From assembly GCA_938084905.1 (NCBI GenBank), contig CALKEQ010000004.1:132269-196268 (forward strand): a DNA stretch of 64,000 nucleotides. The letters are read 5' to 3'. The stretch's first letter is position 1. Every line of letters starts with the position of its first letter. Origin of the DNA: an uncultured bacterium (lineage in GTDB: Bacteria > Desulfobacterota > Syntrophorhabdia > Syntrophorhabdales > JANXAF01). A model generated the notes under the pieces. It searched no databases. It saw nothing but the letters and a program-made list of their open reading frames with translations, and was not told where the DNA came from. Shown in pieces: positions 8,329 to 17,780 of this stretch. The translations under genes were made by a program, and so were the position numbers.

Positions 8329-8997
8329 ATGTCCTTTATGGACCTCATCTCAGGCGGCGTGCTAGGAATGATCCTCCACGCCGGGCCTGTGGCTAAGGCT
8401 GTTTTGGCAATTCTTCTTTTTTTTTCACTCGTCTCCTGGGCTATAATCCTTTTTAAGGCAAGGCAGCTTGGACAGATGGAGAGGGAGGCAAATGCCGTAT
8501 TTTCTATCATGAACGATGTGGACTCTTTAAAGAAGCTAACTCTTCAATTGAGGACAAGGAGAGATAGTCCCTTTTACACCATCGCTCTTTTAGCATACGA
8601 AGGTAGCATTAAGGCTCCGAAAGAGAATCCTTCCCGTACAAAAGAGAATGCTCTAGAGGTGGAGAGACGACTTACAATAGCTATTCAGGAGGAAAATGAG
8701 CGGCTCGAGAAGTACCTTTCATTTCTTGCAACAACAGCAAATACTGCCCCTTTTGTCGGCCTGTTTGGAACAGTTTGGGGGATAATGGACTCTTTTAGAG
8801 AAATCGGAATAAGGGGAACGACAAGCCTACCCGTTGTGGCGCCAGGTATAAGCGAGGCACTAATAACTACCGCTTTTGGACTTGCAACAGCCATACCTGC
8901 CGTTGTCGGATACAATTACCTCCTTGGAAGGTGTAGGAGAATTGCACTGAGACTGGAAAACTTCGCAACCTATGTTATAAGCTTCCTTGAGAAATGA
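8329..8997 (+). CDS. MotA/TolQ/ExbB family proton-channel protein
   Basis: 222 aa with 3 TM segments. The C-terminal motif region ...TAPFVGLFGTVWGIM..F....G.......VAPGISEALITTAFGLATAIPAVVGYN is typical of TolQ/ExbB. Confidence 0.85.
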   Translation: MSFMDLISGGVLGMILHAGPVAKAVLAILLFFSLVSWAIILFKARQLGQMEREANAVFSIMNDVDSLKKLTLQLRTRRDSPFYTIALLAYEGSIKAPKENPSRTKENALEVERRLTIAIQEENERLEKYLSFLATTANTAPFVGLFGTVWGIMDSFREIGIRGTTSLPVVAPGISEALITTAFGLATAIPAVVGYNYLLGRCRRIALRLENFATYVISFLEK

Positions 8998-9401
8998 GGA
9001 CCATCGAGAAAAAGAAAGAGATGCTTTCAGAAATAAACATAATCCCCCTTGTTGATGTTATGCTAGTACTTCTAATCATATTCATGATCACAGCACCCAT
9101 GATGCATTACGGTATGAAAATAGACGTCCCAAAAGTCACAACAAAGCCCCTTTCCCACGTTGAAGAACCCCAGATCCTGTATATCACTAAGAATTACGAA
9201 ATCTTCCTAAACGAGAAGAAGATAGGTCTTTCCCAGCTTAAACCTGCATTGAACCTTCTCTTTTCAAACAGAGTTGAAAAGGAGCTTTTTATTAAAGCGG
9301 ATAAAGACGTCTCTTACGGTTTTGTGGTAAGGTGCCTCGGAATAATAAGGGAGGCAGGTATAGATAAAATAAACATCGTTACAAGACCTGAGGAAGAATG
9401 A
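8994..9401 (+). CDS. TolR/ExbD family protein
   Basis: 135 aa. SEINIIPLVDVMLVLLIIFM matches the N-terminal TM region with its conserved Asp. There is a 4-nt overlap with the upstream gene. Confidence 0.85.
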   Translation: MRTIEKKKEMLSEINIIPLVDVMLVLLIIFMITAPMMHYGMKIDVPKVTTKPLSHVEEPQILYITKNYEIFLNEKKIGLSQLKPALNLLFSNRVEKELFIKADKDVSYGFVVRCLGIIREAGIDKINIVTRPEEE

Positions 9402-10174
9402 CAAAAGAGGACTCTTTCTTCAAGATGTTGATCCTTTCGCTCCTTTTACACATGGCCTTTTTAGTGGCACTTTCTTTTCCGCTTAGAAAACCTGAAAAGA
9501 AGATCCATTTTCCCGTTTCTTACTCGGTAAATCTTGTAACATCAGTTGGATACGGGGGCGGTGAGGTCGTAAAAGACAAAAAGTCCCCCCCTGCCCATCC
9601 TTCCGTGAGAGAAAAAAGGGTCCTCAAGGTCAAAAAATTGGCGGAAAAAGAAACAGTTAAAAGAGCTGAGAAAGAAAGATCAATCTCCAAGAAGAAAGTG
9701 GAACCAAGATTCGCCACAAAGGAGGAGCTACTATCACTTGAAGAGCGAATAAGGGAAATTAAATCTAAGACGCACTACTTTAATGTTTCCCATACTGAAA
9801 GTAGATTGGAGCCGAAAAAAGATGGAGGTCAAATTTTTCAAGTTTCTAGTAAAACTCAAGGAGGAGCTTCCTCTAGCCTTGATCCTATTACCCAGGCTTA
9901 CATAAGCGAAATCTGGAACAGGGTGAAAAAGGCCTGGCAGGTTCCAGGCGGGCTTGCGAACAAAAAAAACTTGGAGACTGTAGTGATTGTTAAAATAAGA
10001 AAGGATGGAAGGATCGTGGATGTAGAAATTGAAAAGAGATCTGGAAATAGGATATACGATGAGTCAGCATTGAGAACTTTAAGATCTGTCGATCCTTTAC
10101 CTCCATTTCCCCAATCTCTAGTTGGGGAGTATCTGGAAATCGGATTTCGATTCCTGCCGGGGGAAGTTTCTTGA
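9398..10174 (+). CDS. TonB/TolA family energy-transducer protein
   Basis: N-terminal TM anchor, a Lys/Glu/Pro-rich spacer, and a C-terminal TonB_C-like domain (VIVKIRKDGRIVDVEIEKRSGNRIYDESALRTLRSVDPLPPFP). Confidence 0.7.
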   Translation: MTKEDSFFKMLILSLLLHMAFLVALSFPLRKPEKKIHFPVSYSVNLVTSVGYGGGEVVKDKKSPPAHPSVREKRVLKVKKLAEKETVKRAEKERSISKKKVEPRFATKEELLSLEERIREIKSKTHYFNVSHTESRLEPKKDGGQIFQVSSKTQGGASSSLDPITQAYISEIWNRVKKAWQVPGGLANKKNLETVVIVKIRKDGRIVDVEIEKRSGNRIYDESALRTLRSVDPLPPFPQSLVGEYLEIGFRFLPGEVS

Positions 10175-10950
10175 CATTTACGGAAAGTGTGATTCTTGGC
10201 ATAATACAAGGTGTAACAGAGTTCCTTCCAATTAGCAGTTCAGCCCATCTTATACTCGTTCCATATATATTCGGTTTTAGAGGAGGAGATCTGGCATACG
10301 ATGTGGCACTTCACTTCGCAACCCTCTTTGCAACCCTTTCCCTTTACGGCAGAGCTTTCCTTTCTGTCATTTTTGATCTTGCAAATGTTGGGAAAAAAGA
10401 TTGGATAAAGGAGTCGCTTTTAATCAAGATCCTTTTTGCTTCTATCCCCGCCTTTCTTTTCGGTTACCTTTTTCATGACTACATAGAAAAGAATCTGCGT
10501 ACTCCGTACGTCTGCGCCTTTATGCTTATTTTCGTTTCACTCCTCATGCTTTATGCGGAAAGCAAAAAAACGGAGAGAAAACGGGATGTCAGTTACCCTA
10601 TTGCCATTGCGATTGGGATCGCTCAGGCATTGGCCCTCATCCCCGGAACGTCCCGTAGCGGTATAACGATAACAATGGGCCTGCTTTTTCAACTGGATAG
10701 AAAAAGAGCAGTAGACTTCTCTTTTCTTTTATCAATTCCCGTGATTCTTGGTGCGTCCATTTACGAGCTTAAAAACTTTGAGCTACAAAAAGAGACAACC
10801 ACAATCGTGATAACAGGTATGGTTTCCGCAACATTTGCTGGAATCATAAGTCTTAAATTCCTGATAAATTACCTGAGGAAGTACACTCTCAGAATTTTTG
10901 CCTGGTATAGGATCTTTATAGCCTTACTGATCCTTATGCTTTCTGAGTAA
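10171..10950 (+). CDS. uppP: Undecaprenyl-diphosphate phosphatase (BacA/UppP)
   Basis: GVTEFLPISSSAHL and PGTSRSGITI signature motifs. A TTG start overlaps the upstream stop by 4 nt. Confidence 0.9.
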   Translation: MTFTESVILGIIQGVTEFLPISSSAHLILVPYIFGFRGGDLAYDVALHFATLFATLSLYGRAFLSVIFDLANVGKKDWIKESLLIKILFASIPAFLFGYLFHDYIEKNLRTPYVCAFMLIFVSLLMLYAESKKTERKRDVSYPIAIAIGIAQALALIPGTSRSGITITMGLLFQLDRKRAVDFSFLLSIPVILGASIYELKNFELQKETTTIVITGMVSATFAGIISLKFLINYLRKYTLRIFAWYRIFIALLILMLSE

Positions 10951-11658
10951 TAAATGGATTGGGTAGCCGATCAGCCTGCCAACGTATCTTCTTGAAAAAT
11001 AAAGTATAACCAGTGCGACGACAGACAGAAAAACGAGGACTATAAGGGTTTTGTACTCAGCGTGCCTTAGTGCATTACCTTGAAGGGATAACACAAAGGT
11101 TCCAGGTAACCTTCCCAGAAGGTTTATGACTATAAAGTCAAAAGTCCTTATATGCGTAAGACCAAGGAGGTAGGAAAGAATATCTTTTGGAAAACCTGGT
11201 ATTAAGTAGAGGATAAAGACCAAACTTAGACCTTTGTGGGTTATGAAGTTGTTGAAAGAGTCTATGTACTCCCTTTTTACAACCCTTTCTACAAAACCCA
11301 TTCCGAAGGCCCTGGAAAAAAAGAAAGCAATAAGGGACCCAAGTGTAAGACCAATTGTGGAGAGAAAAAGCCCCCAAAAGGTACCGAAAAGAAGTCCACC
11401 AACAAAACCTGTAACCTCACCAGGGATTGGAGCGAAGAGAACTTGTAGGATCTGGATTAGAACAAAAACAAATGGTGCGTACGCGCCATACGAAGCTATG
11501 AAGGATTTTAGCTTCTTTGGATCGAAAAAAAACCTGTAGTAGTTCATAACATCATTCCAGATTCCCTCGTGATAAATGTAGAATAGAAAGATAGATAGCG
11601 ACGCTAGAAAAACGAAAGCTGTACCCAGAAAAAAATAGTACAGTCTTTTCGATTTCAT
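10924..11658 (-). CDS. DedA-superfamily (TVP38/TMEM64, SNARE-associated) membrane protein
   Basis: 244 aa and polytopic. The pattern APIPGEVTGFVGGLLFG...GSLIAFFFSRAFG resembles PF09335. Confidence 0.7.
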   Translation of the reverse strand: MKSKRLYYFFLGTAFVFLASLSIFLFYIYHEGIWNDVMNYYRFFFDPKKLKSFIASYGAYAPFVFVLIQILQVLFAPIPGEVTGFVGGLLFGTFWGLFLSTIGLTLGSLIAFFFSRAFGMGFVERVVKREYIDSFNNFITHKGLSLVFILYLIPGFPKDILSYLLGLTHIRTFDFIVINLLGRLPGTFVLSLQGNALRHAEYKTLIVLVFLSVVALVILYFSRRYVGRLIGYPIHLLLRKHKDQ

Positions 11659-11670
11659 TAAATCTATCCC

Positions 11671-13674
11671 TCAGGTTTGGATGACAACTGTTCTTAGAAC
11701 TTCGTCCACAGTGGTGAGTCCTTCTTTTAGAAGAAAAAGGCAATAATCCTTAAGTGTCATCATCCCATCTTCACATGCAGCCCTCCTCAAAACCGATGTT
11801 TCTGCACCTTCTGCTATTAGGCGTCTCAAATTGTCTTTCACAACTAGAACCTCGTAAACTCCAACCCTTCCCTTGTACCCGGACATTCCACAGGCTTCGC
11901 AACCTTTTCCCCTGAAAAGCCTGGTATTTTCCTCAAGACCCAAATATTCACAAACAACTTTATCTGGTAAATAGCTCTCTTTACAGTTCTCACATATCCT
12001 TCTCACAAGTCTCTGTGCAATCACCCCAATAACAGATGTGGAGATGAGAAAGGGTTCTATCCCCATTTCCGTTAATCTCATAAATGTGCTTGGTGCGTCA
12101 TTTGCGTGCAGAGTCGTAAAGACAAGGTGACCAGTTAAAGCAGCCTCAACCGCTATTTTTGCCGTTTCCTGATCTCTCGTTTCTCCAACTAGTATTATAT
12201 CCGGGTCCTGCCTGAGAAAAGCTCTAAGAACTCGCGCAAAATCGAGACCAATGTCAGGATTCACCTGAACTTGATTTATGCCAGGAAGATCGTACTCTAT
12301 AGGGTCCTCAACAGTGGAGATGTTTACTTCCACACTGTTTTTCTCGGAGAGGCAGCTGTAAAGGGTGGTGGTCTTTCCAGAACCTGTAGGTCCTGTGACG
12401 TATATGATCCCGTAAGGTCTTGAGATCATGTCTCTGACCAACTTCAAAATGTCCTTATGGAGTATAAGCTTGTCTAGGCTTTGAATGCTCGAACTCTTAT
12501 CCAAAATTCTCGTACAGATCTTTTCTCCGAATTTGGTGGGAATTGTTGAAACCCTGAAGTCTACAGATCTCTCTCCCATTTTTAGGGTTATTCTGCCGTC
12601 CTGAGGTAACCTTCTCTCAGTTATGTCAAGCTTGCTTATTATCTTAATCCTGCTTATTAGCGGCAATGTTACCTTTTTAGGAAGGACCATCTCTTCCCTT
12701 AGGACCCCATCTACTCTGAATCTGACCCTTAACGACTTCTCCATAGGTTCTATGTGAATATCGCTTGCGCCCTTCTTTAGGGCCATGGCTATTATGCTGT
12801 TTGCCAGTCGGACTATGGGGGCTCCTTCTGCTTCCTTTGCCAAGTCCGAAACTCCAAGATCCTCTTCCATCTTCTCTTCAAATTCTGCTCCCTTAAGTAT
12901 GTCTTGTGGAATCGATTCCATCGAAGATAAAATAGACTCCACATCCAACTCCCTTTTTTCCGACTGCCTTCTCTCCTCAATAATCCTAGGATATTCATTT
13001 TTCATAAAATTTTCGAAATCGGCTTCTAATACGGCAACGATTTCAATGGCAACCCCTTTTATGAACTTCCTAACTTCGTCTATGGCCATAATGTCACCAG
13101 GATTGACCATACCAAGGGTTAGGGTTCCGTCAGAGTAAGAGATGGGGAGGACCTTGTACCGGTTTATGATCTGCTGGGGTATGAGAGAGAGGACATCCGC
13201 ATCGAGTTTGTACTTGGAAAGCGATACAACCCCCATACCCTTCTGGAGGCTCATCCTCTCCATACGCTCAGCAACAATTCTGTTGAGCGCTATGGAAATT
13301 GCAGGGTAAGTCCTGAGAAGGTCCTCAAAATCCTCTTTCTCAAGCACAAAGACTTCGGTTTCCTCAGTAGCGATACATGTGGCACTCCTCGGTTTTGAGG
13401 TAAGAAGCGCCATTTCTCCAAAACAGGCACCCTCACCGAGACTAGCAATTGTAAGGTCTATTCCAAGGGATGGCTCCTTTTTCTTAACTTCAACCTTTCC
13501 GGACTTTATTATGAACATTGAGTTTCCTGGTGCTCCCTCCCTTACTATTGCCGTATTTGGAGGGTAGACCCTCGTCTTTAGCTTACTTGCCAGTTTCTCT
13601 AAAGCATCATCGTCTAGATCCTTGAATAGTTCGCTGTTTCTCAGGCAAGAGACTCTATCGTTACAAGTTATCAT
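11671..13674 (-). CDS. Cyclic-nucleotide-binding domain fused to a GspE/PilB-type secretion ATPase
   Basis: Residues ~10-130 form a CAP-effector domain (FGEMALLTSKPRSATCIA). This is followed by a T2SSE_N-like domain and an ATPase with Walker A GPTGSGKTTT, Walker B ILVGETRD, His box GHLVFTTLHAND and the tetra-Cys CENC...CEAC. Confidence 0.85.
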   Translation of the reverse strand: MITCNDRVSCLRNSELFKDLDDDALEKLASKLKTRVYPPNTAIVREGAPGNSMFIIKSGKVEVKKKEPSLGIDLTIASLGEGACFGEMALLTSKPRSATCIATEETEVFVLEKEDFEDLLRTYPAISIALNRIVAERMERMSLQKGMGVVSLSKYKLDADVLSLIPQQIINRYKVLPISYSDGTLTLGMVNPGDIMAIDEVRKFIKGVAIEIVAVLEADFENFMKNEYPRIIEERRQSEKRELDVESILSSMESIPQDILKGAEFEEKMEEDLGVSDLAKEAEGAPIVRLANSIIAMALKKGASDIHIEPMEKSLRVRFRVDGVLREEMVLPKKVTLPLISRIKIISKLDITERRLPQDGRITLKMGERSVDFRVSTIPTKFGEKICTRILDKSSSIQSLDKLILHKDILKLVRDMISRPYGIIYVTGPTGSGKTTTLYSCLSEKNSVEVNISTVEDPIEYDLPGINQVQVNPDIGLDFARVLRAFLRQDPDIILVGETRDQETAKIAVEAALTGHLVFTTLHANDAPSTFMRLTEMGIEPFLISTSVIGVIAQRLVRRICENCKESYLPDKVVCEYLGLEENTRLFRGKGCEACGMSGYKGRVGVYEVLVVKDNLRRLIAEGAETSVLRRAACEDGMMTLKDYCLFLLKEGLTTVDEVLRTVVIQT

Positions 13675-14444
13675 CTTCCAAACCTTCTTTTCCTTTGCTG
13701 AAAGCTTCTTATAGCTCTCAAAAAATCGATCTTTCTAAAGGCTGGCCAGGGAGCATCACAGAAGTAAAATTCGCTATACGCACTCTGCCAGAGTAAAAAT
13801 CCGCTGAGCCTTATCTCCCCGCTTGTCCTTATGATCAAATCGGGATCCGGTACTCCGTATGTGTAAAGATACCTTGCAATATCCTCCGCTTTGAGGCTCC
13901 TGGCTATCTCCTCTGCGCTGAGTCCCTCCTTAGAAAGAATCGCCTTTTTCACAGCCTCAACTATTTCCTCCCTTCCCCCATACCCTAAAGCTATGTTAAG
14001 CACCCTTTCTCTGTTGTCCTTTGTGGACTCTTCAACAGTCCTTACTACCTCTTTCAGTTTTTCAGGTAGAATATTTGTGTTGCCAAGTATGTTTATCTTG
14101 TACCCGTTCTTTTTTACAGCTGGATCTCTCGAAAGATCAAGAAGTTTATTTTCGATTATTGAGAAGAGTTTACTCAGTTCGGAACTCTCCCTGAAGATGT
14201 TATCCGTCGATAAAACCCAGATCGTAATCACCTTTATATCCAGTTCAGCACACCACCTTAAAAGCTCATCAACCTTCTGGGCACCGATCTTGTGTCCCAT
14301 CGATATATCCTCGAACCCCATCTCCTTTGCGTATCTTCTGTTCCCGTCAAGTATAAGCCCCACATGGGCTGGAAGGGGATTTTTCTTAATTTCCCTTTCT
14401 AGGTGCTTTTCGTAGAAGTAGTAGAGTAACTTTCTGAAGGCCAT
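13671..14444 (-). CDS. uppS: Undecaprenyl diphosphate synthase (cis-isoprenyl transferase)
   Basis: Motifs GLILDGNRRYAK and IRTSGEIRLSGFLLWQSAYSEFYF. Confidence 0.9.
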   Translation of the reverse strand: MAFRKLLYYFYEKHLEREIKKNPLPAHVGLILDGNRRYAKEMGFEDISMGHKIGAQKVDELLRWCAELDIKVITIWVLSTDNIFRESSELSKLFSIIENKLLDLSRDPAVKKNGYKINILGNTNILPEKLKEVVRTVEESTKDNRERVLNIALGYGGREEIVEAVKKAILSKEGLSAEEIARSLKAEDIARYLYTYGVPDPDLIIRTSGEIRLSGFLLWQSAYSEFYFCDAPWPAFRKIDFLRAIRSFQQRKRRFGR

Positions 14445-14500
14445 CGCACTAATTATACCAAAGTCAGAAAGACAATTAAACCACGCTAAATCTCGATTTT

Positions 14501-15826
14501 TTAGAGGGATCTTAGTCTCTCGTAAAGTTCTCTTAAGCTATCTATGGAGACTATTTCAAGGCCCTTCGGCTTTTCCACCCCCCTCGGACAGAAGACCTTC
14601 CTTATCCCCATCCTTTCACATTCCTTGAGCCTGTTCTCCGAGTAAAGAACACGTCTTATCTCACCAGTTAAACCGACCTCTCCGAAAAAAGCCACGTCCC
14701 TACCTATCCTTAAGTCCTTTAAGCTAGATATTAAAGAAACTACAAGTGGTAGGTCCGCAGCAGGCTCCGTTACTTTTATTCCACCTGCCACATTCACGTA
14801 TATATCCCTTTCGAAAAAACTCAAATTCGATGTTTTTTCTAGAACGGCGGTAAGGATGTATAATCTGTTTACATCGTAGCCAAGTGCAACCCTTTTCGGA
14901 ATGGGAAAATTGGTTCTTGGGGTTATAGTTTGAATCTCAAGTAGTATTGGCCTAGATCCAGATATGTGCGGAAAAAGTGCACTTCCTGAGTTCTCTCCAA
15001 CCTTATCACTTATAAAGTAATCTGATGGATTCTTCACACTTACCAATCCTTCCTTTGTCATCTGAAATATACCGATCTCGTCAACAGGTCCGTACCTGTT
15101 TTTTATAGCCCGAAGGATCCTATAGGGAAACACCTTTTCCCCTTCAAAGTAAAGCACCGTATCGACCATATGTTCAATCAGTTTTGGCCCAGCAATCTGT
15201 CCCTCCTTTGTGACGTGACCTATCAGTATGTGGGCAATATCCTTCTTTTTAAAGTGGTTAATCAGTCTTATGGAGACATCCTTTAGCTGTGCGAGACTTC
15301 CAGGAACCGATGGGATGCGTGGGTTGTAAATGGATTGGATTGAGTCGATAATAACCAGATCATAATCCCTTTCGTCAGTGGCCTCTATTACGTCCTCAAG
15401 ATTGTTCGTCGTAAGCACAAAAAAAAGGTGCTTGAGGTTCAGTCTCTTTCTCCTAGATGCAAGCTGCCTCATCGACTCCTCACCAGAGACATAAAGGCAG
15501 CTCAGATTGATCTCCATGATCCTTGAGGCTATCTCAAAGCAGAGTGTAGTTTTTCCTATTCCCGGGTCCCCTCCAAGAAGTATGGATGAACCTCTGGTCA
15601 ACCCACCTCCAAGGACCCTATCCATCTCCTCCATCCCAAGCACTATCCTATCCTCTCCTTCTTCCTCTTCACCTATGAGGGCTGGCCTTACTCTCTGAGA
15701 AGGATGAACCTCTTTTTCTTTTTTTACCTCTTTCATAGAGTCCCAGGTTTTACAGTTAGGACATCTACCGAGCCACTTTAAGGACTCATACCCGCAGATA
15801 TTGCAGACGAATGTATCCTTTTTCAT
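14501..15826 (-). CDS. radA: DNA repair protein RadA/Sms
   Basis: N-terminal Zn ribbon CNICGYES..W.GRCPNC, Walker A GDPGIGKTT, the KNRYG motif, and a Lon-like C-terminal domain. Confidence 0.9.
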   Translation of the reverse strand: MKKDTFVCNICGYESLKWLGRCPNCKTWDSMKEVKKEKEVHPSQRVRPALIGEEEEGEDRIVLGMEEMDRVLGGGLTRGSSILLGGDPGIGKTTLCFEIASRIMEINLSCLYVSGEESMRQLASRRKRLNLKHLFFVLTTNNLEDVIEATDERDYDLVIIDSIQSIYNPRIPSVPGSLAQLKDVSIRLINHFKKKDIAHILIGHVTKEGQIAGPKLIEHMVDTVLYFEGEKVFPYRILRAIKNRYGPVDEIGIFQMTKEGLVSVKNPSDYFISDKVGENSGSALFPHISGSRPILLEIQTITPRTNFPIPKRVALGYDVNRLYILTAVLEKTSNLSFFERDIYVNVAGGIKVTEPAADLPLVVSLISSLKDLRIGRDVAFFGEVGLTGEIRRVLYSENRLKECERMGIRKVFCPRGVEKPKGLEIVSIDSLRELYERLRSL

Positions 15827-17007
15827 AGCAAAATGATACCGTCATCACTTTCGGTCAAGGGAATCACCTTCCCATCTTGATATAAAAAGGTATCCTCTAT
15901 TCCGCAGGCACCTTCTCCGGGAAAGACGAATTTGGGTTCTATAGCAATTATCGAGCCTTCCTCTATCGGGTAATCGTGCTTTTCCGCAATATATGGCAGC
16001 TCCGATAGCTCGAGTCCAACACCATGCCCCAGAAATTTCACCTTGTAAGGCTCATATCCTAGATAGTATTCAGAGTATCCGTATCTATCCGCGATCCTTT
16101 TTGCAAGTTCAAAGATTTCACCACTTTTTAAACCCTTAAGAATCATATCAATAACCCTTCTCTCAATCTCCTTTGAAATCTCGTAGGCATCTACGAACTT
16201 TTTCGGTATCTCCCCAATTGCGAAGATCCTAGTTTGATCTACGTGGTAGCCGTAATAGCAAACCCCGAAGTCCACAAGGACAGGCTCACCCCTTCTTATC
16301 TTTTTAAAGCTCGCTCCAACTGGAAATGCAGGAGAAAGTCCAAATCCAGCCATTGGTGATTCTGCATACCCAACAACGCTACCAGATTCCCCACTGAGGA
16401 TGTGCCAAGAGTAAGGTTCGTAGTTTAATGATCTCATCCTGAGTATCCCTTCGTGACCGAGCGTTTTTGCGTAGGCTTCAAGATGGCCTCCCAGCTCTAT
16501 TTCTGTCATTCCTTCTTTTAGAATGAGAGGAACATATTCGTAAACCTTTTTTTGGATTTTTGCGGCCTCCCTCATAAGCATTATCTCAAAGGCGGATTTC
16601 TTCCTCCTAAGTTCTTTCACCAAAGAAGAGGAATCAAAAATTTCTGGATTCTTTAGCTCTCCCAATAATCTTTGAACCTCCCTATAAGGCAAAACATCTA
16701 TCTGCAGCCCCACTTTCTTTGCAGGTGAGACGTACTCTGTTATATCCCTAAATGATTTTGTCCAGACTACGTTCTTTAGCGGAGACTCTCTTTTTGCTCG
16801 TTCAATCTCCCTTTTTACGAAAAGGACTGGCTCCTCATAAAGGGGAACGTAGAGAACTGCATCCTGCATGGTGCCTGAAAGGTAGTAGTAGTCGACCTTG
16901 TAGTGAAAAAAAGCGCAGTCAAGACCTTTTTCCTCCATAAGAACTTTTAGGGAGAAGATCCTATTTTCAATCTCCTCTTTTGGCGTCAAGATCAGGCGTT
17001 CTTCCAT
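15823..17007 (-). CDS. M24 family metallopeptidase (Xaa-Pro aminopeptidase/creatinase-like)
   Basis: Creatinase-N-like N-terminus plus a pita-bread domain (VDFG..Y.GY..D.TR, GHG.GLE.SE.P, IEP). The likely start is ATG 17007 (MEERLIL); the track's 17058 start would overlap the upstream gene by 67 nt. Confidence 0.8.
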   Translation of the reverse strand: MEERLILTPKEEIENRIFSLKVLMEEKGLDCAFFHYKVDYYYLSGTMQDAVLYVPLYEEPVLFVKREIERAKRESPLKNVVWTKSFRDITEYVSPAKKVGLQIDVLPYREVQRLLGELKNPEIFDSSSLVKELRRKKSAFEIMLMREAAKIQKKVYEYVPLILKEGMTEIELGGHLEAYAKTLGHEGILRMRSLNYEPYSWHILSGESGSVVGYAESPMAGFGLSPAFPVGASFKKIRRGEPVLVDFGVCYYGYHVDQTRIFAIGEIPKKFVDAYEISKEIERRVIDMILKGLKSGEIFELAKRIADRYGYSEYYLGYEPYKVKFLGHGVGLELSELPYIAEKHDYPIEEGSIIAIEPKFVFPGEGACGIEDTFLYQDGKVIPLTESDDGIILL

Positions 17008-17759
17008 TGGGGCTTTCTCTTCTCTAGGAAGGCGCTTATTCCCTCCTTTGCATCGCAAGTACTCATGAGTCCGTAAATATAGTAGAGCTCCGCTACTTTC
17101 AATGCTTCAAGGAAATCCAAATTGAGACTGGCCTTTATAGCTCTCTTTGTCCACATGGCAACAACTTTCGATTTGTTTAGATATTCATTAAGATACTTTT
17201 CTACCTCTTCTTTAAAATTCTCCGCAGGAAGAACACAAGTAACAAGTCCAATAGCTTCAGCTTCTTTTGCTGAAATTATCTTCCCTGTGAGCAAAAGCTC
17301 ATAGGTCTTTTTCGGACCTATTAATTTCGTAAAATACGCCGCAGCAACGGGCGGAAAAACTCCAACTGCTATTTCTGGCTGTCCGATTCTCGATCTTTCC
17401 GAGGCAACGACAACATCACAGAATGCCATAAGTTCACAACCCCCTCCTAATGCTCTCCCGTTAACCAAAGCGACAGTCGTGATGTCAAGCTCGGACAAAT
17501 TCTTGAACATCCTATGGAAAACATCCAGCATCTCATTTACCTTATCCTCTGTGTGATCAGACACCGACACTCCATCGCAGAAGGCTTTCTCTCCCACATG
17601 ATCAAAGACCAGCATCTGGATGTTCGAATCGTTCTTCGAGTCCAATATAGCTTCGTTTATCTCTTTCATCATTTCGATTGTCAACCAATTTGAGGGTGGC
17701 TGATTGAGTGTAATTTTGGCTATCTTGTCTTTTTTCTCATAGATGATGAACTTGTACAT
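16992..17759 (-). CDS. dch: Crotonase-family enoyl-CoA hydratase, Dch-like (cyclohexa-1,5-diene-1-carbonyl-CoA hydratase candidate)
   Basis: The start at ATG 17759 (MYKFIIYEKKD) is preceded by AGGAGG. Motifs are GGGCEL..FCD and QPEIAVGVFPPVAAA, with an SVSDH oxyanion region instead of GADI, as I recall for dienoyl-CoA hydratases. It is adjacent to oah-like and had-like genes. Confidence 0.6.
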   Translation of the reverse strand: MYKFIIYEKKDKIAKITLNQPPSNWLTIEMMKEINEAILDSKNDSNIQMLVFDHVGEKAFCDGVSVSDHTEDKVNEMLDVFHRMFKNLSELDITTVALVNGRALGGGCELMAFCDVVVASERSRIGQPEIAVGVFPPVAAAYFTKLIGPKKTYELLLTGKIISAKEAEAIGLVTCVLPAENFKEEVEKYLNEYLNKSKVVAMWTKRAIKASLNLDFLEALKVAELYYIYGLMSTCDAKEGISAFLEKRKPQWKNA

Positions 17760-17780
17760 TTTTTCCTCCTTTTTTACCTG

